From NCBI GenBank assembly GCA_963827655.1, contig CAWHCF010000019.1, positions 1 through 64,000 on the forward strand: a DNA stretch of 64,000 bases, in the 5' to 3' direction. This DNA is from an uncultured Acidobacteriota bacterium (GTDB taxonomy: Bacteria > Acidobacteriota > UBA6911). The notes beneath the pieces were generated by a model, which made no database searches, was not told the origin of the DNA, and saw only the letters and a list, made by a program, of their open reading frames with translations. Of this stretch, positions 42,558-51,985 are shown one piece after another (position 1 is the stretch's first letter; every line of letters begins with the position of its first letter). A program made the position numbers and the translations under genes.

Positions 42558-43730
42558 ATGACGGTCCGAATTGGCGCTGAAATTCTCCTTGCCAACTCTC
42601 GATCCTTTCTTCGGGGGGAGAGAGTCGGTCTTGTCGTCCACCCGGCTTCGGTTCTGCCGAATTTGAGACATACCGCCGATGCCTTGATGAACGAAGCCTC
42701 CTCGAGGCTGGTGGCGCTCTTCGGCCCGCAACACGGCGCCCGGGGCGAGAAGCAGGACAACATGATCGAGTCGGAGCACTATCGCGACCCCGACACCGGG
42801 CTCCCGGTTCACAGCCTCTACAGTGAAACGCGCCGGCCAACCGAACATATGCTGTCAGACCTGGACGTGCTCGTCTTCGACCTGCAGGACGTAGGTACGC
42901 GCATCTATACCTTCATCTATACCATGTCTTATTGCATGGAGGCCTGCGCGGAATACGGAAAACGGATGATTATTCTCGATCGGCCCAATCCCATTAATGG
43001 CCGGCAAGTCGAGGGTAATCTTCTCGAACCGGAGTTCAAGTCTTTTGTCGGCCGCTATCCCTTGCCCATGCGCCACGGCATGACCGTTGGCGAACTGGCG
43101 CGATTCTTTAACGCCGAGTTCAAGATTGAATGTGACCTGTCGGTAGTACCCATGGAGGGATGGAAACGCGCTGACTGGTTCGATCAGACCGGGCTTCCAT
43201 GGGTCCAGCCTTCGCCCAACATTCCTACGTTGGATTCGGCCGTGGTCTATCCGGGGATGGTCCTGGTCGAGGGAACCCGGTTATCGGAGGGCAGAGGAAC
43301 GACGCGGCCATTCGAACTGGTCGGAGCCCCTTACATCCGTCCCCGCGATCTCGCCGGCCGGCTGAACTCTCAAGACCTGCCGGGTGTTCAGTTTCGCGCG
43401 GCCTATTTCGAGCCGACTTCCCAAAAATGGTCCGGTCAGACTTGCGGAGGCGTGCAGATTCACGTGCAAGATCGACAAGTCTTCGAGCCTTACTTGACCG
43501 GAATCGCCGTCCTCTCCGCGATTCAGGCTCTGTATCCGGAGTCGTTCAAGTGGCGAGAGCCGCCGTACGAATACGAGGATGACAAGCGCCCCATTGAGAT
43601 ATTATCCGGGAGCGACAAGATACCGGCCCAAATCGAGTCGGGTATATCTCCGGCAGAAATAAGGTCAGGCTGGCAATCTGATGTGGCGCGGTTTCTTCGG
43701 CAGCGCGAACCTTACCTGCTTTACGGTTAG
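42558..43730 (+). CDS. namZ: Exo-beta-N-acetylmuramidase NamZ (DUF1343)
   Basis: LFGPQHG, FDLQDVGTRIYT, LDRPNP, HGMTVGELA, SEGRGTTRPFE. Confidence 0.92.
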   Translation: MTVRIGAEILLANSRSFLRGERVGLVVHPASVLPNLRHTADALMNEASSRLVALFGPQHGARGEKQDNMIESEHYRDPDTGLPVHSLYSETRRPTEHMLSDLDVLVFDLQDVGTRIYTFIYTMSYCMEACAEYGKRMIILDRPNPINGRQVEGNLLEPEFKSFVGRYPLPMRHGMTVGELARFFNAEFKIECDLSVVPMEGWKRADWFDQTGLPWVQPSPNIPTLDSAVVYPGMVLVEGTRLSEGRGTTRPFELVGAPYIRPRDLAGRLNSQDLPGVQFRAAYFEPTSQKWSGQTCGGVQIHVQDRQVFEPYLTGIAVLSAIQALYPESFKWREPPYEYEDDKRPIEILSGSDKIPAQIESGISPAEIRSGWQSDVARFLRQREPYLLYG

Positions 43731-43799
43731 GATCCAGCTGATCGAGACCGAGCGGACGCCGTTTCCCTGCGGCAAACCGGGCAGAAAGTAGCCAACATT

Positions 43800-44801
43800 A
43801 TGATCATAGGATTGACCGGAAGAAACGGCTCGGGAAAAGGCGAAGTCTCACGCTATCTTCAAAGCCGCGGGTTCGAACCTCATTCCTTGTCCGACGAGAT
43901 AAGAGACGAGATTCGGTCGCGGGGACAATCGATAACACGCGAGCTTCTGATCGAAGTAGGGAATGAATTGCGCGCGAAGTTCGGGCCGGCGATTCTGGCT
44001 GTCCGGGTGCTGGAGCGGCTGGGCGCGGAATCCAATCATGTGGTCGACTCGATTCGCAATCCGGCGGAAGTCGAGGCTTTGCGGCGCAGGAAAGACTTCG
44101 TCCTCCTGGCCGTGCAGGCCGACCTGCGGCGCCGGTTTGAAAGAAGTAAATCCAGGGGAAGGGAAGCGGCGGCTCCAACCCTGGAGCAGTTTGCCCGGGA
44201 AGAAGAACGCGAACTGGACAGCGGCGATCCGTTGAGCCAGTTGCTCGTGGCAACGGAGCGCATGGCCGATGTAACGGTCTCGAACGACGGCTCGCTTGAA
44301 GACCTGCAGCGGGAGCTCGATGTCCTGATACCGCGACTTATGCGGAATTTCCAGCGGCCCGAGTGGGACGAATACTTCATGAGCATCGCGAAGGTGGTCG
44401 CCTCGCGCAGCAACTGTATCAAGAGAAAAGTGGCCGCCATCATTGTAAAAGACAAGCGTGTCATTTCCACCGGATACAACGGCACGCCGCGCGGGGCTCG
44501 AAACTGCAACGAGGGTGGGTGTCCGCGCTGCAACAACATGGCGAAAAGCGGAACCGCGCTCGAGGAATGCCTCTGCAGCCACGGCGAGGAGAACGCGATC
44601 ACGCAGGCCGCCTACCATGGCACCAGTTTGAAGGGAGCGTGTCTCTACACCACGTTCGCGCCCTGCCTTCTCTGCACCAAGATGATCATCAACAGCGGGA
44701 TTGCCGAGGTCGTCTACAACCAGGAGTATCCGCTCAACGACGTCGCGTTAGCTTTGCTGCGGGAGTGCGGCATTACTCTGCGGCAGTACCGGGTCGAATA
44801 G
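43800..44801 (+). CDS. P-loop nucleotide kinase-like / dCMP deaminase fusion
   Basis: GRNGSGKG and VDSIRNPAE in the N-terminal half; WDEYFM, TGYNG, HGEENA, PCLLC in the C-terminal half. Confidence 0.9.
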   Translation: MIIGLTGRNGSGKGEVSRYLQSRGFEPHSLSDEIRDEIRSRGQSITRELLIEVGNELRAKFGPAILAVRVLERLGAESNHVVDSIRNPAEVEALRRRKDFVLLAVQADLRRRFERSKSRGREAAAPTLEQFAREEERELDSGDPLSQLLVATERMADVTVSNDGSLEDLQRELDVLIPRLMRNFQRPEWDEYFMSIAKVVASRSNCIKRKVAAIIVKDKRVISTGYNGTPRGARNCNEGGCPRCNNMAKSGTALEECLCSHGEENAITQAAYHGTSLKGACLYTTFAPCLLCTKMIINSGIAEVVYNQEYPLNDVALALLRECGITLRQYRVE

Positions 44802-44810
44802 CTTCGCGTC

Positions 44811-45806
44811 TCAGCGAAGGCCTTTTCTCTCCAGCCAACCCTTTACCGTTCTGATGTGCGCGTCGAGTTTGCTTTTCAGTCCTGCGTCGATCTCAAGCGC
44901 CTGCTTGAAGTCGTTCTCAGCCTCGCCATCGAGGCCCTGCCGCAGGCGCGCCAGCCCCCGGTTGCCGTAGGCGAGGGCAAATCGTGGATCAAGCGCGATC
45001 GCCCGGTTGAAGTCCGCGATGGCCAAGTCCAGGCTATCCCGGTCGCAGCGAACCAGGGCACGGCCATAATAGCCCCAGGCCAGGTCAGGATTGATTTGAA
45101 TGGCCTTCTCGAAATCACTCAGGGCTCCATCGAGTTCTTTCGCATCTCTACGAGTACTGCCCCGGTTGCAGTAGATCTCGGCCAGGCGCGGGGCCAGGGC
45201 GATCGCGCGGTCGAAATCCTCGAGCGCGCCTTTCAGGTCCCCCTTTTCTTTGCGAGCGTTGCCACGGTTGCTGTAAGCCCTTGCCTCTCTCGGATCGAGC
45301 GCGATCGCCCGGTCGAAATCAGCAATCGCGCTGTCGAATTCGCCCGTGGCATACCGGGTGACGCCTCGGTTTATGTAACCCTCGACAAAACCAGGCTTGA
45401 GCGATAAGGCCTGATCGTAGTCGGCGACCGCCCCGGCAAAATCACCCATGTCGTGGCGCGCGACACCACGATGGACGTAGACGGGCGCAGCCCGGGGATC
45501 AATGGCCCGGATCCTGCTCTGGCTCGGAGCGCCACTGTCCGCAGATGATTTCCACTTATTGCCGCCGAGGACGGCACCCTCATCGAGACGCGAGCTCAGA
45601 TCGAGAGCCTGGGTGAAATCGGCGATGGCCCCTTGCAGATCTCCCTTTTGATAGCGAGCCTGTCCGCGCTCAAAGAAATCCCAAGCGGTGCGGGGAGTCC
45701 CCGCAAGGGCCAGGGCAGTAGAGAAGAAAAACAGGGCGACGGAGAGATAAGGATAGGTATGCACGAGCGGATCTCCTTGCTGTTGGCCGCAGCGTAACGC
45801 GGTCAT
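44811..45806 (-). CDS. Tetratricopeptide-repeat protein, probably exported
   Basis: Repeated AY.NRG...GA.ADFD.AI.LDP units; hydrophobic N-terminus. Confidence 0.9.
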   Translation of the reverse strand: MTALRCGQQQGDPLVHTYPYLSVALFFFSTALALAGTPRTAWDFFERGQARYQKGDLQGAIADFTQALDLSSRLDEGAVLGGNKWKSSADSGAPSQSRIRAIDPRAAPVYVHRGVARHDMGDFAGAVADYDQALSLKPGFVEGYINRGVTRYATGEFDSAIADFDRAIALDPREARAYSNRGNARKEKGDLKGALEDFDRAIALAPRLAEIYCNRGSTRRDAKELDGALSDFEKAIQINPDLAWGYYGRALVRCDRDSLDLAIADFNRAIALDPRFALAYGNRGLARLRQGLDGEAENDFKQALEIDAGLKSKLDAHIRTVKGWLERKGLR

Positions 45807-46008
45807 TCAGATACGTAAGGCGACATCCACCCATCCAACCTCCAATGACTCCGGAAAAACGGCTTCTAGAGTCGTCCTCGCATTTAACTCGCACCGGAGT
45901 TCTCTTGTGCCCTTAGACGCTAACCGGTGCTCCGGAGTTTGCTTATTTTTTTCCAAATTCTAAATAACTGCGAAAACGGAAGAAGGTTACTTAAAGTCTC
46001 ATAGTGTT

Positions 46009-46035
46009 TTTAGTGTCTTCGCGTCTTCGTGGTTA
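46009..46035. repeat. Nonamer-type repeat arm
   Basis: tttagtgtcttcgcgtcttcgtggtta; tcttcgtggttagag also occurs at 1-15. Confidence 0.65.
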
Positions 46036-46056
46036 GAGAACGCAGCTTTTGCGCGG

Positions 46057-46779
46057 TTAGTTCAATCCAAAAACGAGGAAATATTGATAGGGAAGGAAGG
46101 TATGTTCTTTCAGCAGTCGAAATCCATGCGTCTCCATCTGCCGCACCAGATCTTCTCGCGCGATCTTCATCTCGAGCCGCGGCCCGACCGGCAGTTCTTT
46201 CTTGTGGAAGTCGATCATTACCACTTGCCCTCCAGGCTTCAGCATCTTCTTTATTAACCCTAGATATTTCGCCTGGTTTTCCACGTGATGCCATGTATCG
46301 CAGATGAAGAATCGGTCAATCGACGCATCGAGGAGGAGCGGGTCATCCGCCACCGAAAGGACCGTGACGACGTTCTTCAAGCCCAGGTCCCGAACGCGGC
46401 GATTCATGTGCAGAATCATGTCGGGGCTGATGTCTACAGCGTAGACTCTGCCCGTATCTCCGACCTGTCCGGCAAATCGAAAAGAAAAGTAGCCGGACCC
46501 GGCGCCGATATCCGCAACAATCTCGCCCTCCTTGAGGGCAAGCGCGTTCAGGACTTCGTGCGGCTTCTGGTAGGCATCCCGTTTAGGATCCTCCAGCATC
46601 GCTATGAGCGCCTTGGGATCCTTGTGCAGGCGATGCATCTCATGCTGGTCGCGCCTGACAGCATCCTGCGCCACCAGCATGATCCCAACCGCCAGAAAAG
46701 CGAATTTCACGGTGTTTCCCGGCTTCCTCGCGACCAGGGCTGCGCAAAATACTTCACTGGCGCGAGAGTCGGTGGTCAA
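46057..46779 (-). CDS. Class I SAM-dependent methyltransferase
   Basis: VADIGAGSGYF, VYAVDI, LKPGG. Confidence 0.9.
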   Translation of the reverse strand: MTTDSRASEVFCAALVARKPGNTVKFAFLAVGIMLVAQDAVRRDQHEMHRLHKDPKALIAMLEDPKRDAYQKPHEVLNALALKEGEIVADIGAGSGYFSFRFAGQVGDTGRVYAVDISPDMILHMNRRVRDLGLKNVVTVLSVADDPLLLDASIDRFFICDTWHHVENQAKYLGLIKKMLKPGGQVVMIDFHKKELPVGPRLEMKIAREDLVRQMETHGFRLLKEHTFLPYQYFLVFGLN

Positions 46780-46832
46780 TCGAACCGCCCCTCACTGCCA
46801 AGACGCCAGGCCGCGACGAAGCGCCCAGCCGG

Positions 46833-47918
46833 CTAATTGCTATATTGCAGCACTTTTTGCTTGAAGGCGTCGAGGGTAAGCCGGCCCGCCTTGTACTCTG
46901 TAATAACCGACTTCTGGACCGACATTATTTCCCGGTGCGATGACTCCCCCTCTGAATCAGCCAAGGTGAAGACTTTCGCGCCGCCCTCCTCGGCTGTCAA
47001 GACCAGATTGATAAACTCGTTGGGTTTCACGTGCGTGAGAGAATCCCCATGGTTGGCCAGGGCCTCGATGAGGTAGATCTTGACCTGCGCCAGACGCTCC
47101 AGAAGCTGCTTTCGATTGATCTCTGCCTCTTCCCGCCGTTTCACGACGCTGCGTTGAAGATCTTCGACTCTCTTCCGGATTTCTTCCTCTCTCTGGGGGC
47201 TTTGCGGCGCTGGAGCCGGCTGTGGCGCCTGCGGCGGCTGAGGAGGAGCCACAGGAGCCCCTGGGCTACTGGTTTCGCGGGCTTTGGTCCGCGATCTCTT
47301 GCCGGCCCACGAACGCCACCGGGAATTCCTCCGGCGACACCGCCAGGAACTCCGCCCACGATACCGCCGGGAACTCCCCCAGGAACACCGTCGAGGAGTC
47401 CAAGAATCATCTCGAACTGGTGCACCGACAGCTCTTGCTCTTGAGCCTCGAGGTCGGCGAGCTGGACATCAAGCTGTACTACTTGCTCGTCTAATTGCTC
47501 CTGTAACTGTAGTTCCCGCAGAGCCTTGATCTCCCCGTCCAACTTCAATTGATCGACGTCGATTTCTCCAACGGCTTTGACCGGCTTGGCCTTCGCGTAG
47601 CGCAGCGCCGAAACCGGGATGATGAAAGTGGCTCCCTGACCGTATAGATAAAAGGCGCTCACACGAGACCCTCCCCAGGGACCCTGAAAGGTAAAGTGCT
47701 TGAGTACCTGAATCTTCATCTCTCCCGGGCTTCGGGGTCGACGAGCCGCGGAGTTCCTTCAGGACGAAGTTGAGCGTCGTGTTGAGGATCCCTTTCATGA
47801 CCTCGAGTTCCTGCTGCGATTTCTTCAGGTCGAAGAGATCCGGCCGGGCGCCTTGAGCAGCGCCCCATGAAAGTAATCCCATACTGATCATCAGCAAAAA
47901 GGTACAAAGATGTCTCAT
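46833..47918 (-). CDS. Secreted protein with GGV(P/A)GG repeats and coiled coils, frameshifted
   Basis: ORFs 47469-47918 (signal peptide), 47141-47719 and 46833-47252 join; third gene of the ECF operon. Confidence 0.7.
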
Positions 47919-47937
47919 CGTTATCCTCCGGGGGTTT

Positions 47938-48729
47938 TTACTTCATCCTCACTTCAGCGACCTCGAGCAGCGTCTCCAGGATAGCGTCGGTCTGGTTGCT
48001 CTTGATCTCACCGCTCAAGGTCAGTCGATTCAGGCGATCATTGACAGCGGTGAAATCCCGTTCGTTCTGAAGCGCCATATTGCGGTACAAGAGGGCCAGG
48101 GAATTTCGCGTTCCGGTTTCAAGCGAGGTCGCAGTGTCGGCGAGCCGCTCGTTGATGCGGGTTTCGGCACCCGAGAGGGCCGCCTCCAGGAGAGCGCGTT
48201 GTTTTCGGGTGAATGCGGCGTTTGACGACGCGAGTTCTGCCCGCATAGTACGAATCACTTCCAGTCTGTCGGCCCGAGACTTTTCCTCGACAATGCTCAG
48301 GAGCTCCGCCTTGAGCTTGGCCACATCGACGGCTTCGGGTGAAGCCAAAGGTTGAGCGGTACCTGCCGGACGGCCGAAGCTCACCACGAACGTCCCGCGC
48401 TCGCTTCGAACCTGCATCGGAGCAAGCGCCAGAACCACGGCTGCCAGACCGGCGGCGATCGCGGCCGTTCTCCATGAAAGGAGAAGGCGTGGAAGAGCCT
48501 GCCATCGGGATGCCGGCGCCTCCTCGGAATACACGAAAAAGTGCCGCGGCACTGGAACATCGCCCGCCGAACTCAATTGCCGGACGGTCTCGGCATAGAG
48601 TTCCCGCTCCCGAGAGCACACAGAGCACTCCTCGATGTGGGATTCCAGGGCTTGCTGGTCCGAGGGATTCAACTCCCCCATAAGACCTTTTGGAATCTGA
48701 CTTTGATATGTGCTGCAGCCGGTCTTCAT
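47938..48729 (-). CDS. zf-HC2 membrane anti-sigma factor
   Basis: HIEECSVC, one TM helix; overlaps the sigma stop codon. Confidence 0.88.
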   Translation of the reverse strand: MKTGCSTYQSQIPKGLMGELNPSDQQALESHIEECSVCSRERELYAETVRQLSSAGDVPVPRHFFVYSEEAPASRWQALPRLLLSWRTAAIAAGLAAVVLALAPMQVRSERGTFVVSFGRPAGTAQPLASPEAVDVAKLKAELLSIVEEKSRADRLEVIRTMRAELASSNAAFTRKQRALLEAALSGAETRINERLADTATSLETGTRNSLALLYRNMALQNERDFTAVNDRLNRLTLSGEIKSNQTDAILETLLEVAEVRMK

Positions 48730-49373
48730 CTTGCTCCTCGCTTGACTTGAAGGGAGTTTTCTCCCAACCGAACTTTCAACGTCTCCAGGCCCGCGTAAAG
48801 CCTGGACTTTATCGTGCTGAGCGGGGCTTGCACGACAGCGGCTATCTCTTCAAAGGTCAGCTCTTGAAAGAACTTCAGCTCCACAACCGCCTTTTGATCC
48901 GCGCTCAGGTACTCGAGCGCCTGCCGCACCCGATTCCGACTCTCTTCCCGCAGCAGTTCTCCTTCATGAGACTCCTGCGCAGGCAGGGCTGCCGAGACCA
49001 GGGTCTCGGGACGCCTGTCATCCAGAGAAAAATGCACGCCCGGCGGCCGGCGCCGGAGCCTGGAGATACAATGGTTCACCGCAATCCGATAGAGCCAGGT
49101 CGAGAACCTCGAGTCACGCCGGAAACGTCGGATGCTCTTGAATGCGGAAATAAAGATTTCCTGCGCTGCCTCCGCCGCTTCTTCCGGTTGTTGGAGCATT
49201 CTCAACGACAGGTTGTATATGGGTTTCTCCCATTTCAGGACCAGCCGGTTGAACGCAACGGTGTCGCCACCCTGGCTCGCAGCTACCCATGCAGTCTCCT
49301 GCATTTGATCGGGGAAGTTTCCGTCTGCGCCGAGGTCCTTCGGGAGCACCGAGTTCAAGCTCTCTTCCATCAA
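48726..49373 (-). CDS. ECF RNA polymerase sigma factor
   Basis: GDTVAFNRLV, FSTWLYRIAVN, TFEEIA, TIKSRL. Confidence 0.95.
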   Translation of the reverse strand: MMEESLNSVLPKDLGADGNFPDQMQETAWVAASQGGDTVAFNRLVLKWEKPIYNLSLRMLQQPEEAAEAAQEIFISAFKSIRRFRRDSRFSTWLYRIAVNHCISRLRRRPPGVHFSLDDRRPETLVSAALPAQESHEGELLREESRNRVRQALEYLSADQKAVVELKFFQELTFEEIAAVVQAPLSTIKSRLYAGLETLKVRLGENSLQVKRGAR

Positions 49374-49558
49374 TAGGGCCCGCTGTCTCTGTTATCGCCT
49401 CCAGTTACAGTCCTTTTGACTCAATGGGATCACAAAAAGTCGAGTTAATTTAACGATTTTATGCCAACCTTGAACAGGGAAATTGACGACTGACCAATAA
49501 GTCTCCAGAATTAGGTAGTTAGGCGTTATGTCCGAGCTTACGAGAATTTTGTTCACGT

Positions 49559-49830
49559 TAGAAGCCAGAAGTCAGAAGTCAGGAGCAAGAATGTGTTGGT
49601 AATAATCCACGTTACATGAAAGAATACCATCCAATATGGTTGGCACTGGATGGCAGAAAGCTCATGAATTTGTGCTCGAAGCATATCGTTACACGGAATC
49701 GTTCCCGCAGCGCGAGATCTATGGCCTGGTGCTCAAGAAGGAAGGATGAGTCTCCTGGAGGAAGTCAGCCGCCTGCTGAATGCATATGCAAAGGCGATTC
49801 TGGCTTCTGGCTTCTGACTCCTGGCTTCTA
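49559..49830. mobile_element. Heptamer inverted-repeat element (AGAAGYC)n enclosing a four-helix-bundle gene remnant
   Basis: 34-bp arms at 49559-49592 and 49797-49830 are complementary at 30 of 34 positions. Mobility is inferred. Confidence 0.65.
49651..49817 (+). pseudogene. Four-helix-bundle (23S rRNA IVS-type) protein remnant, internally deleted
   Basis: Manual translation gives WQKAHEFVLEAYRYTESFPQREIYGL (N-terminus), then MSLLEEVSRLLNAYAKAILASGF* (C-terminus) in another frame; the core is missing. Confidence 0.85.
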
Positions 49831-49892
49831 TCCCGCTGCTTTTGGCGGGATATCAAGGGCGCAGTCGTTGCCTGGTTAGCCCGGCAAGCTAA

Positions 49893-49925
49893 AATCGTCA
49901 ATCGTAAATCGTCAATCGTCAATCG
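49893..49925. repeat. (AATCGTC)n right arm; probable partner aattgacgactgac at 49481-49494
   Basis: aatcgtcaatcgtaaatcgtcaatcgtcaatcg read directly. Confidence 0.85.
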
Positions 49926-49933
49926 GTCGGCCT

Positions 49934-50503
49934 ATGACCATTGAAACCGAGATCAAGCTCCGGCTCGAGGATCTTGAGTGCTTTCGGCGTCGACTCGAAC
50001 TGGTGGACGCGGTCTTGCGGGCTCCGCGTCACTTCGAAGAGAATTATGTCTTCGACTTTCCTGACCGCCGGCTTCGAGCGCGCGGCTGCCTGCTGAGGGT
50101 GCGGGTCACCGCGACCCAATCAATATTGACCTATAAGGGCCCTGCGCAACCGGGAGGGCCGTTCAAGAGCCGTGAGGAGCTGGAAACGACGGTCGCAAAT
50201 GCGGCGGAGATAGTGACGATTCTGAAGCATCTCGGGCTGAAGGTGTGGTTTCGCTATCAGAAATTTCGCGAGGAGTATACCCTTACGGTGAAAGAATATC
50301 CTGAACCCGAGGTGCACGTCGCACTCGACCAGACGCCGCTCGGGTTCTATGCCGAACTGGAGGGCTCACCACAGTGCATCCGCGCGCTGGCCGCGCGCAT
50401 GGGTTTCAAAGAAGGAGAATTCATTCGAGATAGCTACTATTCTCTATACCTTCGGTCGTGTGAGCGGAGTGGCGTAGATCCCGGCGATATGGTTTTCAAA
50501 TGA
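49934..50503 (+). CDS. CYTH-domain protein (class IV adenylate cyclase-like)
   Basis: ETEIK, LLRVR, LTYKGP, REELET, YQKFRE, AELEG. Confidence 0.9.
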   Translation: MTIETEIKLRLEDLECFRRRLELVDAVLRAPRHFEENYVFDFPDRRLRARGCLLRVRVTATQSILTYKGPAQPGGPFKSREELETTVANAAEIVTILKHLGLKVWFRYQKFREEYTLTVKEYPEPEVHVALDQTPLGFYAELEGSPQCIRALAARMGFKEGEFIRDSYYSLYLRSCERSGVDPGDMVFK

Positions 50504-50632
50504 CTACGCTTCCCAATTTCATTGCGGCACAGAAGGAATTCGACCGCAGGCGCACGCATTCAGTTCAGTCGAGCCTGATCGTACCGCGTTGAATTGGAAC
50601 AAGCGTGGTCTGTCGCCGGAAAGGGACACTGC

Positions 50633-51925
50633 ATGGCGTGTGCGTATATCCAGGACATAGCAAAGCACGAGGGATCGGAAGCCGTACTGCGGGGGTGGGT
50701 TTACAACAAGCGCAGCAGCGGTAAGTTGCAGTTCCTGCTCCTGCGTGACGGAACCGGCACGATTCAGTGCGTCGGTTTCAAGGGGAACTTCACGGCCGAA
50801 CAATTCGAAGCCCTCGATAAACTGACTCAGGAATCCAGCATCGAAGTGCGCGGCCGGGTGCGCAAGGATGATCGGGCGCCAGGCGGCTTTGAGCTGGAGA
50901 TGACGGGATTTGAGGTCCTGCAGATCGCCGATAACTACCCCATAACTCCCAAAGATCATGGCATCGCGTTCCTGATGGAAAACCGGCACCTGTGGCTCCG
51001 GTCGTCACACCAGCATGCCATCCTGAAGGTGCGACACGAAATCATCAAAGCCTGCCGCGACTATTTCGATGATCAGGGGTTCACTCTGGTCGACACTCCG
51101 GTGTTCACACCCAATGCGTGTGAAGGGACCACCACTCTGTTCGAAACGGACTACTTCGATCAGAAGGCGTATCTCACGCAAAGCGGCCAGCTCTATAACG
51201 AGGCCACGGCGGCTGCCTTTGGCAAGGTCTATTGTTTCGGGCCGACTTTTCGCGCGGAAAAATCCAAGACTCGTCGCCATTTGATGGAGTTCTGGATGGT
51301 AGAACCCGAGGTTGCCTTTGCGACACTCGAAGACACGATCCTGCTTGCCGAAGGACTGATCTGCTTCATTCTGGAACGTGTCTTGTCGCGGCGAAGAGGC
51401 GAGCTGCAGACGCTGGAACGCGACACAACCGCTCTGGAGCGGATCAAGCCTCCGTTTCCACGCCTCTCATACGATGAAGCCGTGAAGATTCTTCAATCTG
51501 CCGGTTCGGAAACAAAGTGGGGGAGTGATTTCGGCGGCGGGGATGAGACCATCCTTTCGGAACGGTTCGATTCGCCGGTCATGGTTCGCGGATATCCCGC
51601 CCAGGTGAAAGCGTTTTACATGCAGCCAGATCCTGGGAGACCGGAAGTCTCTCTTAGCGTCGATGTTCTGGCTCCGGAAGGATATGGTGAAATCATCGGC
51701 GGCGGGCAGCGCGTTCACGATTACGACCTTCTCCTTCGACGGCTGAACGAACACAATCTACCGGTTGAGCCCTTCCAGTGGTATCTCGACCTGCGCAAGT
51801 ATGGCACGGCGCCCCACGCAGGGTTTGGGATGGGAATTGAAAGAGTGGTCGCCTGGATTTGCCGGCTCGACCATCTTCGCGAAACGATCGCCTTTCCAAG
51901 AATGCTCTACAGGATCTACCCGTAG
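50633..51925 (+). CDS. asnS: Asparagine--tRNA ligase
   Basis: [39 protein letters not shown]. Confidence 0.96.
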   Translation: MACAYIQDIAKHEGSEAVLRGWVYNKRSSGKLQFLLLRDGTGTIQCVGFKGNFTAEQFEALDKLTQESSIEVRGRVRKDDRAPGGFELEMTGFEVLQIADNYPITPKDHGIAFLMENRHLWLRSSHQHAILKVRHEIIKACRDYFDDQGFTLVDTPVFTPNACEGTTTLFETDYFDQKAYLTQSGQLYNEATAAAFGKVYCFGPTFRAEKSKTRRHLMEFWMVEPEVAFATLEDTILLAEGLICFILERVLSRRRGELQTLERDTTALERIKPPFPRLSYDEAVKILQSAGSETKWGSDFGGGDETILSERFDSPVMVRGYPAQVKAFYMQPDPGRPEVSLSVDVLAPEGYGEIIGGGQRVHDYDLLLRRLNEHNLPVEPFQWYLDLRKYGTAPHAGFGMGIERVVAWICRLDHLRETIAFPRMLYRIYP

Positions 51926-51943
51926 CTTGGCCATCCCGCAATC

Positions 51944-51969
51944 AACCACCAAGACGCAAAGAAACGAAG
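51944..51969. repeat. Nonamer-type repeat arm
   Basis: aaccaccaagacgcaaagaaacgaag. Confidence 0.55.
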
Positions 51970-51985
51970 CATCGCCAACGGGGAA

